NCBI RefSeq assembly: GCF_964355755.1
Contig: NC_092677.1
Span: forward strand, 16,638,101 to 16,702,100
Length of the DNA: 64,000 nt
Direction of reading: 5' to 3'
From: Antedon mediterranea
Lineage: Eukaryota > Animalia > Echinodermata
The first letter of the stretch is position 1. The number at the start of each line of letters is the position of its first letter. Of this stretch, positions 12,066-25,501 are shown in pieces. The position numbers and the translations under genes were made by a program. Under the pieces are notes generated by a model that worked only from the letters and a program-made list of their open reading frames with translations, did not search any database and was not told the DNA's origin.

Positions 12066-15000
12066 TACGACGGAATACAGAGACGCTTTGTTTGCCTCCC
12101 GATATTGATGTGTAACGACCCCAGAATATTAATTGATCCTTTGACCCAGTGTTTGTTTGAACCTTGTTTGAAACACTTCTTTACCTAAAAAGAAACATAT
12201 AATAATCCTATTATTGTATCATAAATATGCTAAACAATTATCTATGTAAATTAGAATTTGTTTTTTTTTTCAAATAGAAGGCCTAAACTAAAACAATATG
12301 AAAAACAATATAATATTACTAGTAATCCTACTATTTCCGTTTCCTGTTTGTTGAATTCAACATTTTATAAATATTATGATAAAAGATGTGAACAATTTGA
12401 GACTAAAACGGCAAACCATAAGCCTTGACAAAAAAATGAGTATCGCAAACAAATACAATGTTTACTCCGTTCTAACCGCACAGGCCTAAATTTATTTATT
12501 GCATACAACCACAAAATCGTACACCACTTAACACACCTACAATCCTTAAACACTAATGAAATAAAAATGTAAAGGTCCAGTCAATACAATATGTTTACAA
12601 ATTGAAATACCACTAAACCTTTTAAAATAATGTGTAGAGTATTAGGATGGTTCAAACTAAACGAAAGAAACCTGCAAACTGTATTGATTACACCCAGGAA
12701 AAATTGAATCTCTCATTAAATCAAAGATAGATTAAACATGACAATTATTTGCATGAAAAGGACCAGAAAACTGATTCACTAGATCAAAAACAGTGCACTC
12801 TGTGTGGGTTTGTTTAATACTATAGGCTTAATGTATGAATGTGACAAAGATGGTGCACTCTATAGATTGTTTATCGGTTATTGTAAGACAGAATAGAATG
12901 GATAGGTTAGTCTAATGGCTGGAATGGAATTACCAGTGTCACATGATACAAAATCAACTAATCAAGTAACATGGTATTTTAAATTTAAAAGAGAAAATAT
13001 GACTTACAGTTTTGGTTGATGTGGCAACAACGTGTTTAGTAGTTTGTGTTTCAATTACAGTACTTTCTGTTGTAGGAGGTTCTGTAACATTTAAATCAAA
13101 AGTAATGTAAAATGCCAGACCATCAAGCATGTATTTGAAATGTAATGTAATGTTTATCACACATAGCTTTCACAATCAAATCGGTATAAATAGGTTTATT
13201 CCCATACCTTGTGAAGTAGTAGATTCTCTGGTTGTACGTGCTGTAGTGCTAGATCCTATAAAGTAGAAAACAAAACGATAGGAAGAAATTATCACACTTT
13301 GTGGTATTAAATTTGTCACGTCGTCCTAAAATTACCGTTTATAACGATAAATAAACATACATTTTTCTTACATAAAACAAAGAAAACAAATAAATGCAAT
13401 ACACAACGAACGGTACTGTTACCATCAGAAAGATTAAAATACAAAAAAAAACACAAGCTGATTGTTACATAATAAGACAAGAGGTATTATCGGATGTGTA
13501 AAACATAGCACAAGCACTCGGTATAAATAGGTTTATTCCCATACCTTGTGTAGTAGTAGATTCTCTGGTTATACGTGCTGTAGTGCTAGGTCCTACAAAG
13601 TAGAAAACAAAATCATAGACAAAAATGATCACACTTTGTGGTATTAAATTTGTCACGTCGTCCAAAACTTACCGTTTATAATGATAAATAAACATACATT
13701 TTTCTTACATAAAACAAAATAAATAAATAAATCCAATACACAACGAACGGTACTGTTACCATCAGAAAGATTAAAATACAAAAAAAAAACAAGCTGATTG
13801 TTACATAATAAGACAAGAGGTATTATCGGATGTGTAAAACATAGCACAAGCACTCGGTATAAATAGGTTTATTCCCATACCTTGTGTAGTGGTAGATTCT
13901 CTGGTTATACGTGCTGTAGTGCTAGATCCTATACAGCAGAAAACAAAATAATAGAAAGAAATTATCACACTTTGTGGTATTAAATTTGTCACGTCGTCCA
14001 AAAATTACCGTTTATAATGATAAATAAACATACATTTTTCTTACATAAAACAAAGAAAAAAAATAAATCCAATACACAACGAACGGTACTGTTACCCTCC
14101 GTAAGATTAAAATAAATAAATGACCAAGGTAAGTAATAAGCCTATATTACAAACAAAATCAAGCTGATTGCTACATAATGAGACAAGAGGTATTATTGGA
14201 TGTGTAAAACATAGCACCAGCACTCGGTATAAATAGGTTTATTCCCATACCTTGTGAAGTAGTAGATTCTCTGGTTATACGTGCTGTAGTGCTAGGTCCT
14301 ATAAAGTAGAAAACAATTATTATTATATTAAATTTGTCACGTCGTTCAAAAATTACCGTTCATAACGATAAATAAACATACATTTTTCTTATATAAAACA
14401 AAGAAAATAAATAAATCCAATGCACAACGAACGGTACTGTTACCATCAGAACGATTAAAATACAAAAAAAAACAAGCTGATTGTTACATAATGAGACAGG
14501 AGGTATTATCGGATGTGTAAAACATAGCACAAGCACTCGGTATAAATAGGTTTATTCCCATACCTTGTGTAGTAGTAGATTCTCTGTTTATACGTACTGT
14601 TGTGCTAGGTCCTACAAAGTAGAAAACAAAATGATAGGAAGAAATGATCACACTTTGTGGTATTAAATTTGTCACGTCGTCCAAAAATTACCGTTTATAA
14701 CGATAAATAAACATACATTTTTTTACATAAAAAAAAAGAAATTAGAAAAGTTTTTATTCTATAGGATAATCAAGTAATGCTGTCTTGGATAAAATATAGT
14801 AATATTTCTAAAAATCAAATGACGTCATAATCAATAACAATAAAATCGTTATATTTGTCACGATATTATTGCTATTACTAATCATAACGTCATTTGATTG
14901 GACAAAAACGGTTATCATAATAGTTCTAGGATGAAAGGTTTTCATTTCTTTTTTTATTTTTTTTTCTGTAGGAAAGATTCATATTTATCTATTTATCGTT

Positions 15001-18000
15001 GAGTCTTAACTCGACAAAAAGCCATATACTACAAACCTTTACTGTATTTAAGATGATTTGTTTGTATTTCGGCTTCAAAGATTGTAAACCAACAGAACAT
15101 GAAGAATGTCAATTTAATAAACAACATAACATTTTAAAATTTGAAAAATTGGAAACACCAACTGAAAAAAGGATAAAAATGTAAATTAAAAAAAGAACGC
15201 AATTGAGTAAAATTTCATTCAACTGGGACAAAAAATGTACCACAAAATGACAATTCGTAAAAGCTTGACATCGTAGGCTAGGCACTGATGTGTCCATGAA
15301 ACAAAAATACATAACATTTGTGCAATTCACGTGGTAACCAATAAATAAAAACCTTTGAGGCAACGTGCCATACTCTGAAGTGAAACATTAGTACCCCACA
15401 ATAAAAAATATCATTGGTATTGTAACATTTTCCAATTTTAAACATTAAAGAGAATTCTAAAATAAATCATAAAACTACAGTATAAACAACAATAGGCCCA
15501 ATATAAATTAGCTTTTATAAGAGATGTTTTGGTTTCTTGTTTTAAATGTTGATTTATTTATGTTGTTTTTTTTTGTTGTTTTATAGGGCCTAAATTTATT
15601 ACAATTCTTGCCTTAATTTAAAGATAAAAGACATAAAAACCTAATTGTTATTTTCAGATTGTATTTTTTAATTAATCGAAATATTTATATTTATTCGAAG
15701 AGCTGCTTCCGTCAATCACGTGACAATCATGTGTATGAATTCGTGCAATAGTAACAATTCGTAAGGATTCATGCAATAGTAACACTTTGTAAGGATTCGT
15801 GCAATAGTAACAATTTGTATTACGATCAAACCACCTAGGCCCAAGTGGGGAATGCAGATCGCTACTGTATATTGGATTCAAGATGGATGCGTGCAGTTAG
15901 AAATAATAACATTCTAACTCTCTCTCATTTCTCTCCTAATCCTCTCCTATAGATTATTCATGGAATACTTAACAAACATTACATCAACTATTTATATATT
16001 TAAATATAAGGCATTGTAAAATATTTTCTACCGACGACACGTCCTACGATATAGACACCACTACATATTCATAATGTTTATAAAACTGTAAAATGTATTG
16101 AAATGTGAAGCATGGAGAAATTAATCAAGTTAAAAATAGTTTAAAAATTGATTCCTTCATTGTATAAATAAACAGATGCCTAGATAAAAAAATGTGTTTC
16201 TGTTTCTTCTATCTTTTTTCTTGCTGGAGGGAGGTCGTAGGTTGTAGGTCGTAGGTCGTAGGTCCCCTTGTATCCGTCCCTGAATTTGACCATACAACAA
16301 GAATATTAATATATCTATCTGTAGTATTTAATTTTCTCACCGTAGTTTAGACTTTGTATGATAAATTAATGTAGTAGGAAAACATTTGAATAAAAAAAAT
16401 AATATTGGGAAAAAGAAGCAGAAACAAAATTGTATCTCTTACCGATTACTCCAAAATTAACAAATTGAAAATCTTTATTGCTGTCAAAGATGATATGGCA
16501 CTCACTAGGCTCACCACTTGAAGGATTCAGAATTGTGAGGTCAAGTCTACTATCCAAGCCAAATCCAAAATAAGTCAATGTTCCATTTGTTGAAATAATA
16601 TACTGGTTATTTGGACATTCTATAAGTGAATAATGTTTATATTGTAACTTTTTCACGCCTACATCAAAGTATCATAACATATTTTAACACTATAATTAAT
16701 CAATACATTATAGAAATTTGTTCTTTTCTCTGTATTTTCTATTTGTTATGTTGTAGGCCTATGTTTCTAGTCCTACGGTGGTTAATAATTGAGGAAGAGG
16801 AGATTCCATGAGCCTAAAAGCATAGGATAATTTTCTCAAATATATCAATGTTTAGTGCTTGATGGACTAATACAGTATGCCCTACTATTGTAGGCCTATA
16901 ATGGTGAGGATCTTAATGAGGTTTATTGGCAAATGATCTCCCTCTCTAATATTTTTCTCGCTATATTTCAATTGTTTTGACCTGATCTAAAACACTGATG
17001 GACGTATAAGCTATTGGATTACGATTGTAATCATGTAATCAAACACTACAAATATTTTTAATGAAATAATTTCATTTGGATCCAATTATTAATGATGTGT
17101 AAATTTTTATTTTGTTGATCCTATACGAGAAAATAAATAAGTACTTTACTAATTATTTTAAAACAGAAATTTAAATTTAACTCATAAATTAAAATAAGTT
17201 TATTCTGAAAATAAAAATCAATATAGGCCAGCTTAAAATAAGTTATCATACCTTGTGTAGTAGGTATAGTATTACTGACTGGACTTGTTGTATTAGGTCG
17301 AGATTCTGTAAGTAGAAAACAGATAGATAATAGATTCTTCTTTCTTTATGGACGACGTCTGTCGCGAACAACAATGTCATTTAGACTTACATTCATCTTT
17401 ACCAGGAGAGGCATAAGCCAATATGTCTGATAAGAGGCACTTAATAGATACAGTGGCTGCCCTGAGAGTCAGCAGTGCTGATTTCAAATGCTAATGGGAC
17501 CCCCAGCTCGATATATAGGCCCTACATCACCCGATATTCCTAGATGGTCTCCCATCTAAGCTCTAACCAGGCCCAACGTTGCGTAACTTCGGTGATCTGG
17601 GAGAACAGGTGTTTCAACGTGTTGAGGCTGTATATATAATAATACATTTAAAAAAAACATATTTTCAGTGGGAGCAATCATAGTAATGCAATGTTCTTGC
17701 TTAGCGTTCCATATTGCTTAGCGTTCCATAGTTTGAATGTTTTGCTTACTTTTTATGTACTGTAGGCTTATATGGAGAAATCTGAAAAAAAGTTTAATAG
17801 AAAAGAAGTCCAACACGTAAATCTTTCACTTAAATACACCTTTTTTACTCTAGATGGTAAGCGAGCGAAACGATGGGTCCCCACAGTTGGTTCTCGAATA
17901 CAATAGAAGCCACGGGGCCATTTTTGCGACTCTACTAAACAAAAACGGAAGTTTCCCCTGATTTGAGGTATTTGGAAATAAAGACAAAATAACGAATACT

Positions 18001-19601
18001 GGATACCATAAAGAACAATATGTTTTTATTTGATGTTGTATGAGTAGGCCTAATACAGTTTATTTTGTATTCTTGTTTATGTAACCATGCACATATCAGT
18101 AGGCCTAATTTTCTGGCTGGGTGGTGACCGAAAACGTGAGCTATAACCGCAAAACAATGAACCAGTTTAGTTCTTATAAGCCTAACTACACTCCCAGTTC
18201 GATGAATCTTCAGTTATCGGTCGTGGATCTAAAATTATCCGAACGCCACTCTTAGTGTTGATTTAGTTTACTGTTATACAACCCGACACTCTTCCTAATC
18301 TAATCATTAATTTGTTGAAATAATGCGCCCTCTATTTACCGATGGATCTGAAGCTTCAAATACAGATTGGAATGTTCCATTCATCGCAAATCAATACATT
18401 TGTAAACTCGTATTATTAAATCTATCAAAAGAGTATTTTTTTTCAAGAAAATCGGCCTGTCTTCAACATTATGATGCTCTGTACTTGAACTGTTCAACCG
18501 GGTTTCAGCTATTAAAAACATCTATCGTAGGAGTAGATAGGAAAATGCGAAGCATCCTCGTATTATTGTGCGCGGGTATTTTTCAAGATGGACATCCATA
18601 AGATAGTGTATACCACGATCGGAAATCATTCCTATAATAGGGGCAAATCGTTGAAATTAAATTCTTTTTAATTGTCAATAACTAATTATCTAACTAAATT
18701 TAATTAGTAAACAGGATTATATAAGGTGGTTAAAATCAGTACCGAAAGTACGAACCAATAACGTTATATACCATCGAGTAAAAATTCTAGAAGGGGCGAT
18801 TTAGCGAATTTTTCCTTTACGTAAATTTATATATAGGTTGTTATAGCTAAAGTTACTTACTACTTTTATCAAACATTTGACAAATACTTTCAGTTAAAAA
18901 ATACATTAGACTACAAACAATAATTATAAATATATTTATATTCAAAAAGATTGTTATTATAAGTAATGTAATAATAAATTGATTAAAAAGCAGTATAGGT
19001 AAGGATAAAGAAAAAGCTTGTCTTTCTATACTACAAATAAAAATCTGACGCCGATCCAGGATTTCCGTTGTGGAATACAAATAAAAGAAAGAAAGTGCTA
19101 CATTTTAAAAAAGAAGACCTGTAGTTTAGACTTTGTATCAATCATTGATTAATCATATTAAGCAAAACAAACATTTTTTAATGTAAACAATTTACTATTA
19201 TATTTCTACGAAAACGAGACACAAAATGATGACACTCACCTCTTAAACCGAAATGAATCTTGAATTGATCCAACATCCACTCCCATGAGATATGACACTT
19301 GGGAAGTTGGCCACTTGATGGATTCTGATGTGTGAGCATAAAGTCACCATAACCTAAAGAATGACAATACAATTCTCCCTCTATTGACTCTATATACTCG
19401 TCATCCGGACAGTTAGTCTTTCTGATATCTATTATTAAACGGGAGAAACAAATTTTATAAATCAATAATTAATGTATTTGTGTGTATTTTGTTATCATCT
19501 TAACACACAAATATAGAAACTGTATACTTACCATATTGCGCTGCTTTACAAACAAACCGATATATAATAAAAACAAGAAGTTTCCAATACTGAAACTCCA
19601 T
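12065..19601 (-). CDS. Secreted mucin-like protein (~307 aa if all exons are used). Exons 19601-19532, 19428-19240, 17305-17252, 16619-16443, 14611-14564, 14298-14251, 13928-13881, 13592-13545, 13255-13208, 13081-13008, tentative last exon 12184-12065
   Basis: Signal-peptide exon MEFQYWKLLVFIIYRFVCKAAQY, then phase-1 symmetric GT-AG exons that stay in frame. Two related modules (CPDDEYIESIEG..NPSSGQLPKCHI and CPNNQYIISTNG..NPSSGEPSECHI) and Ser/Thr-rich exons. The 3' end is uncertain. Confidence 0.7.
13181..14735 (-). repeat. Five tandem ~313-370-bp intron-plus-exon units, each with a 48-nt exon (G[P/S]STTARITRESTT[T/S]Q)
   Basis: Recurrent ATTCCCATAC|CTTGTG...GCTAGGTC|CT with intact splice sites at spacings of 337, 336, 370 and 313 bp. 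Confidence 0.9.
17335..17633 (-). mobile_element. 5S rRNA-derived sequence (17519-17633) with ~180-bp body and AAAG-rich tail: SINE3-like element or 5S pseudogene
   Basis: Plus strand CCTACATCACCCGATATTCCTAGATGGTCTCCCATCTAAGCTCTAACCAGGCCC matches the reverse complement of eukaryotic 5S rRNA, with multiple substitutions and indels. No oligo-T terminator after the 5S part. Confidence 0.8.
18459..18792. repeat. Dispersed repeat; inverted diverged copy at 39683-40003
   Basis: GTCTTCAACATTATGATG...CCATCGAGTAAAAATTCTAGAA is the reverse complement of TTCTAGAATGTTTACTCGATGG...ATCATAATGTTGAAGAC. Confidence 0.85.
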
Positions 19602-20180
19602 TTTGTGGCTCATAACAAACCACTTCTTAATCTCATTTAGGTATAATATAATAAGATAACAGTCTGTGCTTACATCTCCATAACACTAATGTCCATGTCA
19701 ATTGGTTGTATTGTGCCTAATTTGCAATAATATCCATCAACTACGCTTTCTGAAAATTAATATTTTCCTTTGTACGTGTTTTGTAAATGACTAGATAAAG
19801 TCCAAGTAATTCAAAAGATTGTGTTAATTTGCATTACGATCAATTAAAATATTTTAAAGTAAAAATATTTTGTACTATTTTTGCTTCATAACAAACAATG
19901 TATTCTTATACAAAACAGAAAACTCTTATCTAATAGACGTAATGTATTATATATTGTTATTGTTTTTGTTATACTCTTTTGTTTGTCTTCAAACTAATTA
20001 CCACAAAACTTATTTGATTTGCTTGTGACACCAACAAACTTTACAAAATATATTGACACATGGTCGGCGAAATATTGAGATTGTATGCATCTTTAGCGAC
20101 ACTATTTTTAGTGTATTAGTATTGAAGTATGTATTTAACTATACTCATTTTATGGCAGTTGATCAACATTTGCCAGATAA

Positions 20181-20611
20181 CAGTTGCGGATCCAGGATTG
20201 TATTACCGGGGTACCGACATGGCTATAAGTAAAAGAATGAGGTTACTTTATTCTTTGAACATACCTCACCCGCTTGAATAACCTGTCCCACCATCATAGG
20301 AAATCGTTTAAAATAAACGCACCCCGTCGAATAAACGGCTCGTGGCCTTTATTTTTTTTTATAGAATTGTTACTGTATTTAATCACTTGATATTAAATGC
20401 GTTGCATTTTCACATTTTGGGATAATTTATTTGATTATACATATTATCACAAACAAAAATAAATAAACGCCTCACTCGAATAAACTTCTCCTTCAACTAA
20501 ACTCCCCTGGCCGCCCCTAAAACCACTCCCCAACAATAAATTGTGTTTATTCGAATAAATACTGTATTCATATTTTTTTGCCACATTCCCCTACCTCTGG
20601 GTCCGCCATTG
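20181..20611. mobile_element. Small hAT-like MITE
   Basis: Ends CAGTTGCGGATCCAGG / CTGGGTCCGCCATTG; flanks AGATAA and AGATAT (degenerate TSD). Confidence 0.55.
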
Positions 20612-21666
20612 AGATATCTGTAGAATATTCTATTTGTTTGAAATGCCCATTCTGTGTGTATACTGGATGTTGAATTGAACTAGGACTTTATTGTCATGTT
20701 TACAACTGAGGTATAGATGACGTTTGACTTGGTAAATCATGGTAAAATAAATAAAAAGTACAACATAGGCCTAACAGTATTAAAAGCAGAATCTAATAAC
20801 TTTGAACATTTCATTTAATAAGGTGGGCGTTTAACCACGTTATTTATTTGAATCTCACAAAGATAAAACAAAAAGAGTTTATCTTATTTATGAGTGACAT
20901 TTAAATAAAATAGTATAATTTACTTTGTTATCTCCATGGAAATTGTAATTTATTCTATTGCATATGAAACTTTAGAAGGTCAACTTGAGTTTGTTAGAAC
21001 AATTAATATTAATAATAATAATAATAAAAAAAGAAAGAAAAGAGACTCGTAAAGTGAAATCTAGATGATTGTGTTAATTGACAATTTGTACACGAAGTAT
21101 ACATTTATTTATTTATGTTCAAAAAGCAAGTCCACAGTTATTTACGAATTCGAAAGTATTGCTAGAACATTTTGAAAAGAATTTTGAAAATTATGGTACG
21201 TCCGTAGATTCAAATAATAAATGTTATTATTAAAATTAATGATTACCATACAGTACAAAAAAATGTTTCTTTACAGTAGTAGCCGTTTATTGCTGAAATA
21301 CAATGCAAATACACAAAAATAAGATACAAAATGTGACGCTTTTATTATCTGTACATGTAAGCAAGCATTGGAAGAATTATAAATTACTCCATGGGCTTAT
21401 ACTGTATATACATTAAGTAGTATCTAGGACTTTCATTACAAAAGTTTACAGTATTTGGATAGGCTTAGATAAAAATCGAAAACTAACAAGCTACAGTATA
21501 TGGAGACAAAAATGTAGAAGTAATTATAATTACGATTCTGTATCAACGATAAGCTGGTAATCATTCGCCGGATTAGTAGAATAATAATGAATACTATAAG
21601 TTCAAACCTCGAGGGTATAACATGGAATTGCATATGGACCCTCAGGGTTAGAGTGTGCCTAGTTTA

Positions 21667-21900
21667 ACAAGACACATATATATGGCTGCAGTCGCGTGCT
21701 CAAGTTAGTGTTTACCGACCAACCAACCGACCGACCAACCTACCAACCGACCGAAATTGCTGAACATGTTTAAAAATGTTTTAAAACATTTATATTTTTT
21801 TAATTTACACGTGCGTATAACGTAATTTCGAGTTGAAAAGTAAGTCCAAGAAAACAGAAATCGGGCAAAAAGAGTGCGTATTAACATTTAACGCGCAGTG
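21667..21900. mobile_element. HINE/DINE-like element fragment with (GACC/AACC)n microsatellite
   Basis: AACAAG...AGTCGCGTGCT...ACCGACCAACCAACCGACCGACC resembles the elements at 34157 and 56447. Confidence 0.5.
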
Positions 21901-22977
21901 CACGTGCAAAAATCTGCGCTAAACGTACTCTTATTTCATCGAAAATAAATTTTGACAATTTTGAAAACGCATGCGTTACATGTGCTACGCACGTAATTGT
22001 ATTGCCACATGATGATTTATGCCTGAAATTTATGAGTACCAAATTTTATTTAATTGTTATTCATGCGTGTGAAGATGATAGAAAGATATAACAATATAGT
22101 TAAAAAATCTACATAAATAATCAAATGTTTATTATGACAAATTGAAGTGAACTAAAATAATAATCCACGACCACGTGACTTTTCTTTTACTTGAATATTG
22201 TGGCTAACCTATCGACTCCCCTCTTTAAACGGTAATGCTGCCATTTGCTTTATAGTCTTGAACATTTAATAAGTCATAATTCATTACATATTTGGTTTAC
22301 AAACTTTTTTATATAGCCCCTAACCATCCCCGTTGCAAGATTGATGTTGACTGCAAAATTCACACTGATTGGATGTTGTACCGCAGCGTGCATAAAGAAC
22401 AAACTTTTTGTGTTTGCCTTTTATATATATAATATAGATGATCAGTTTAGTATTATTTATGAATATCAGATACATTTTAAAAGCTTTTATCATATGAAAA
22501 TGGTCGGTCAAAATCTATGTAGTTTTCTCATCTCATCTAAAAAACACAGGAATGCGAGTCACATCAATGTTTTAAAATCGCTTCGAAATAAAGCTAATAA
22601 TAATAAAGAACAATAAGTATCAAAATTATATTTTTGTCAAAAGTCAATACGATTTTTTTCTGTGACTGCTTAAGTGAGTTACCAAATGTACTAAGATTGG
22701 AAGAACAAACGGGCTTTTGAAAGTGAGCCACTGAAGGAGGTTCAACTGTTTTAATTTTATCCTTATTTGAAAACACTTTGCTGATCTGCAAATAGATCGC
22801 TTATTACTTACAGTATATGATATACAAAATTGATTATTTAATCATATAGTATACGAATTGTTAAAATTGTAGTAGGCCTATGTAGTGTATTATTTAATTC
22901 AATGTAGGCCTACACAATATAAAACACTATTATAAAGATAAAATAATTGAATCGAAAAATAAATTCGTTACACTTAC

Positions 22978-23038
22978 TTGATTTACAAACGGTCCAGTAC
23001 AAAATAAAAACCAAAAATTTCCCATACTGAAATTCCAT
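22978..23038 (-). CDS. Duplicate signal-peptide exon (MEFQYGKFLVFILYWTVCKS), paralogous to exon 19601-19532
   Basis: ATG at 23038, phase-1 donor GTAAGT at 22977; clear peptide similarity to MEFQYWKLLVFIIYRFVCK. Confidence 0.65.
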
Positions 23039-23324
23039 TGTTGTAGCTTGACGAAAATTATACAAATATTATATAATTCTTGGTTTAGAGCTACAACGTT
23101 GATCCAGAAGTATCTCCATGGTAACACTAATTGCTTAATTTAATCTATTTCTAATGTTATTGGAAATATGTATGTATGTATTGTTGTGTACAATTAACCC
23201 GTGAATAGTGTATTTCTATTTTTGTAGTTTAATCTAGAAACTTATAATTGTGTTGAAAATGAAAGAATTTTCTACTGCAATTATATTTATTTGATAGAGG
23301 AAATATATATATTTCCTCAATGCT

Positions 23325-23326
<2 letters not shown>

Positions 23327-23383
<57 letters not shown>

Positions 23384-23392
23384 TATATATAT
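23327..23392. repeat. (TA)n microsatellite between two copies of ATTTCCTCAATGCTACAAT
   Basis: Directly visible. Confidence 0.9.
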
Positions 23393-24029
23393 TTCCTCAA
23401 TGCTACAATTGTTTTTATTTCTGGTAAATGTTGACCAACAAATGTGTTTTTTTTCTTGTTTGCTTTGTTTGTTTCCTACTGATCGGCTTTTTTTACTTTG
23501 ACTTTATAAATTTTTGTCTGGTTTTACAAAATAATAAAACAATTTAAAGCCAATGAAATATGTGAATACTTAGTAAGAACTGCCATGGCGTTCATTCATA
23601 TGAAGAGCTTTCTGAGGAGATATCTGTCGGATTGGACCAGGGACGAATGAGATTACAATCTCACTCTTCGCGGATTGAACATCAGTACTGTATTTCAAAA
23701 TATACTATATACTGGTTTGTCTGTACATTGATATGCTGTTCTAATTGGGAATATCCAGCTTGTTAAATAGAGCAGTCAATCTTTCAACTCATGAAATATT
23801 CTCACCATTCAACTCACATTTGTATATTATAACACACTTAATTGTATTCTTGCAATTTGATTGGTCAATTACACATCACGTGTCGTTTGAAATTAGCCCT
23901 ATTTAACAAAAAGTGATATTCAATGGTGATATTCAGTTCCGTTCAGTTTCCTTTAATCATTGAAAATTTTTGCGACGTTGTTGACTGAAATTCCGAAACC
24001 AACTTGTTCTACTCCACGTCTAAAGTTGC

Positions 24030-24370
24030 AGTATTCTTTCTTATTTAAAAAAAAATTGCTTAGAATTCTTTCAAGAGAAAATTGAGTAAAACTTTTGCTT
24101 GAAACAAGAGTTCTATGAAATATAAATCGGTAAATGTGTACTTATTTTAAGAAAAATATTGCTTGATACAAGAATTCACATTTTTTTAAATCGGTAAGTT
24201 CTTACTTATTTAGGAAAAATATTGCTTAAAACAAGAATTCTATAAAAGAAAAAATCGGTAATATCTTCCTTATTTTAAGAACAATATTGCTTGAAAACAG
24301 AGTTAAAAAAACAATTAAATTCTTGGTAAGAACGTTTTTTTCTTACTAAGAATAATTTTCTTGATATTAT
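24030..24370 (+). repeat. Diverged fragment of the 63-bp EnSpm subterminal repeat family (compare 49165-50520)
   Basis: TTGCTTGAAACAAGA..AAATCGGT..CTTATTTTAAGAAAAATATTGCTT units and AATTAAATTCTTGGTAAGAA shared with the right end of the 43749-50675 element. Confidence 0.75.
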
Positions 24371-25501
24371 TTTTTTATGTGTTTTCCAGACGTTTTACTA
24401 CATAGACAGACCATGGTGGTATTACATTTTAATTTTAGATAGACATTGTTTATAAGTATATTATTTATGTTGATTGATTAGATGTTTACTTTTTGCTTTA
24501 ATTGCGTATCTTTTATATCGTATATCGCATATGAGTGTAGTATGTAGTTTAGTAAGTTAAGTATATAATGATAATTTGACTTTCCTGATAGTTTTCTTTC
24601 TATCTATTTAAAGTTTTTCCAACATCCAAAGTATTTCTTAAAGTCAATGTTTTCCAGACATTGTTGCCATGCATATTTTTTATTGGTATCCACTTACTTG
24701 CCTTGACCCCTAATATAAAAGTTCTGATATAAACCCCTAAACGTTGACGAATCCGAGTAACCTGTGTTAAAAATCGGTCATACGTGACAATTAATAAATG
24801 GGTTGATATGGATGGCTGGGGTAGACCACAAAAACCCACCCGGAAATAGCACGTCTGATTAGCTTCGTCACAAGCAAACTTTGATATGAGGTAGGTAAGT
24901 AACATTATTGCTTTATATTGAAGAATATCTGTCTAAACAATCTAATTAATGAAACCAGGTGGAATTATGATCACCTTAAAGAAATATGTAGGGGTGTAGT
25001 ACAGTCAATGGATCCATATCAGATGTCCTAATCAGGACCGACAAGCAAGGAATGTCCTTCTAATCAATCAAGACAAGTTGAGGCGTAGGATTTGTTCTTC
25101 ATGACATTTTCTGCTGGCCTTGTGACTTAGGGCCTGTTCAGACCTACGGAGTTATGCTTTCGTATTGTACACGGCGTACAAGTCCATAGGTCTGAACCAG
25201 GAAAAGATTAGTGGAAGCCACCTCGTACGACACTGATATTTCGTACGCTACGAAAGCTCAAGGTATGAGTTTAGTGGACGTCGCTTACAATACGAAAGTC
25301 ACGCATCGATGAATATGACCTAGGTTAGATATCTAGCCAATCAAATTAGAATATTCGCCACATCACATCGTGACATGTGCTCCTCATCGTATAGCCAAGC
25401 TGATCCATTTGTTGTGATCGGTGAACGTGCGAAAAAATCATACCTTTTGTTGTTACACTATACAGTATTATTATTAATATTATTATATTAATTAATTTAA
25501 A

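Noticed and set aside
13465-14684. Repeated 66-aa minus-strand ORFs as small proteins
   Set aside because: Only the central 48 nt, bounded by AG/GT, looks coding; the rest is duplicated intron.
17519-17633. Functional 5S rRNA gene
   Set aside because: Single copy, many substitutions and indels relative to conserved 5S, and no oligo-T terminator.
22594-22791. 65-aa ORF as exon 2 of the duplicate leader
   Set aside because: The phase-1 donor at 22977 gives an early stop with the 22786 acceptor; no other support.
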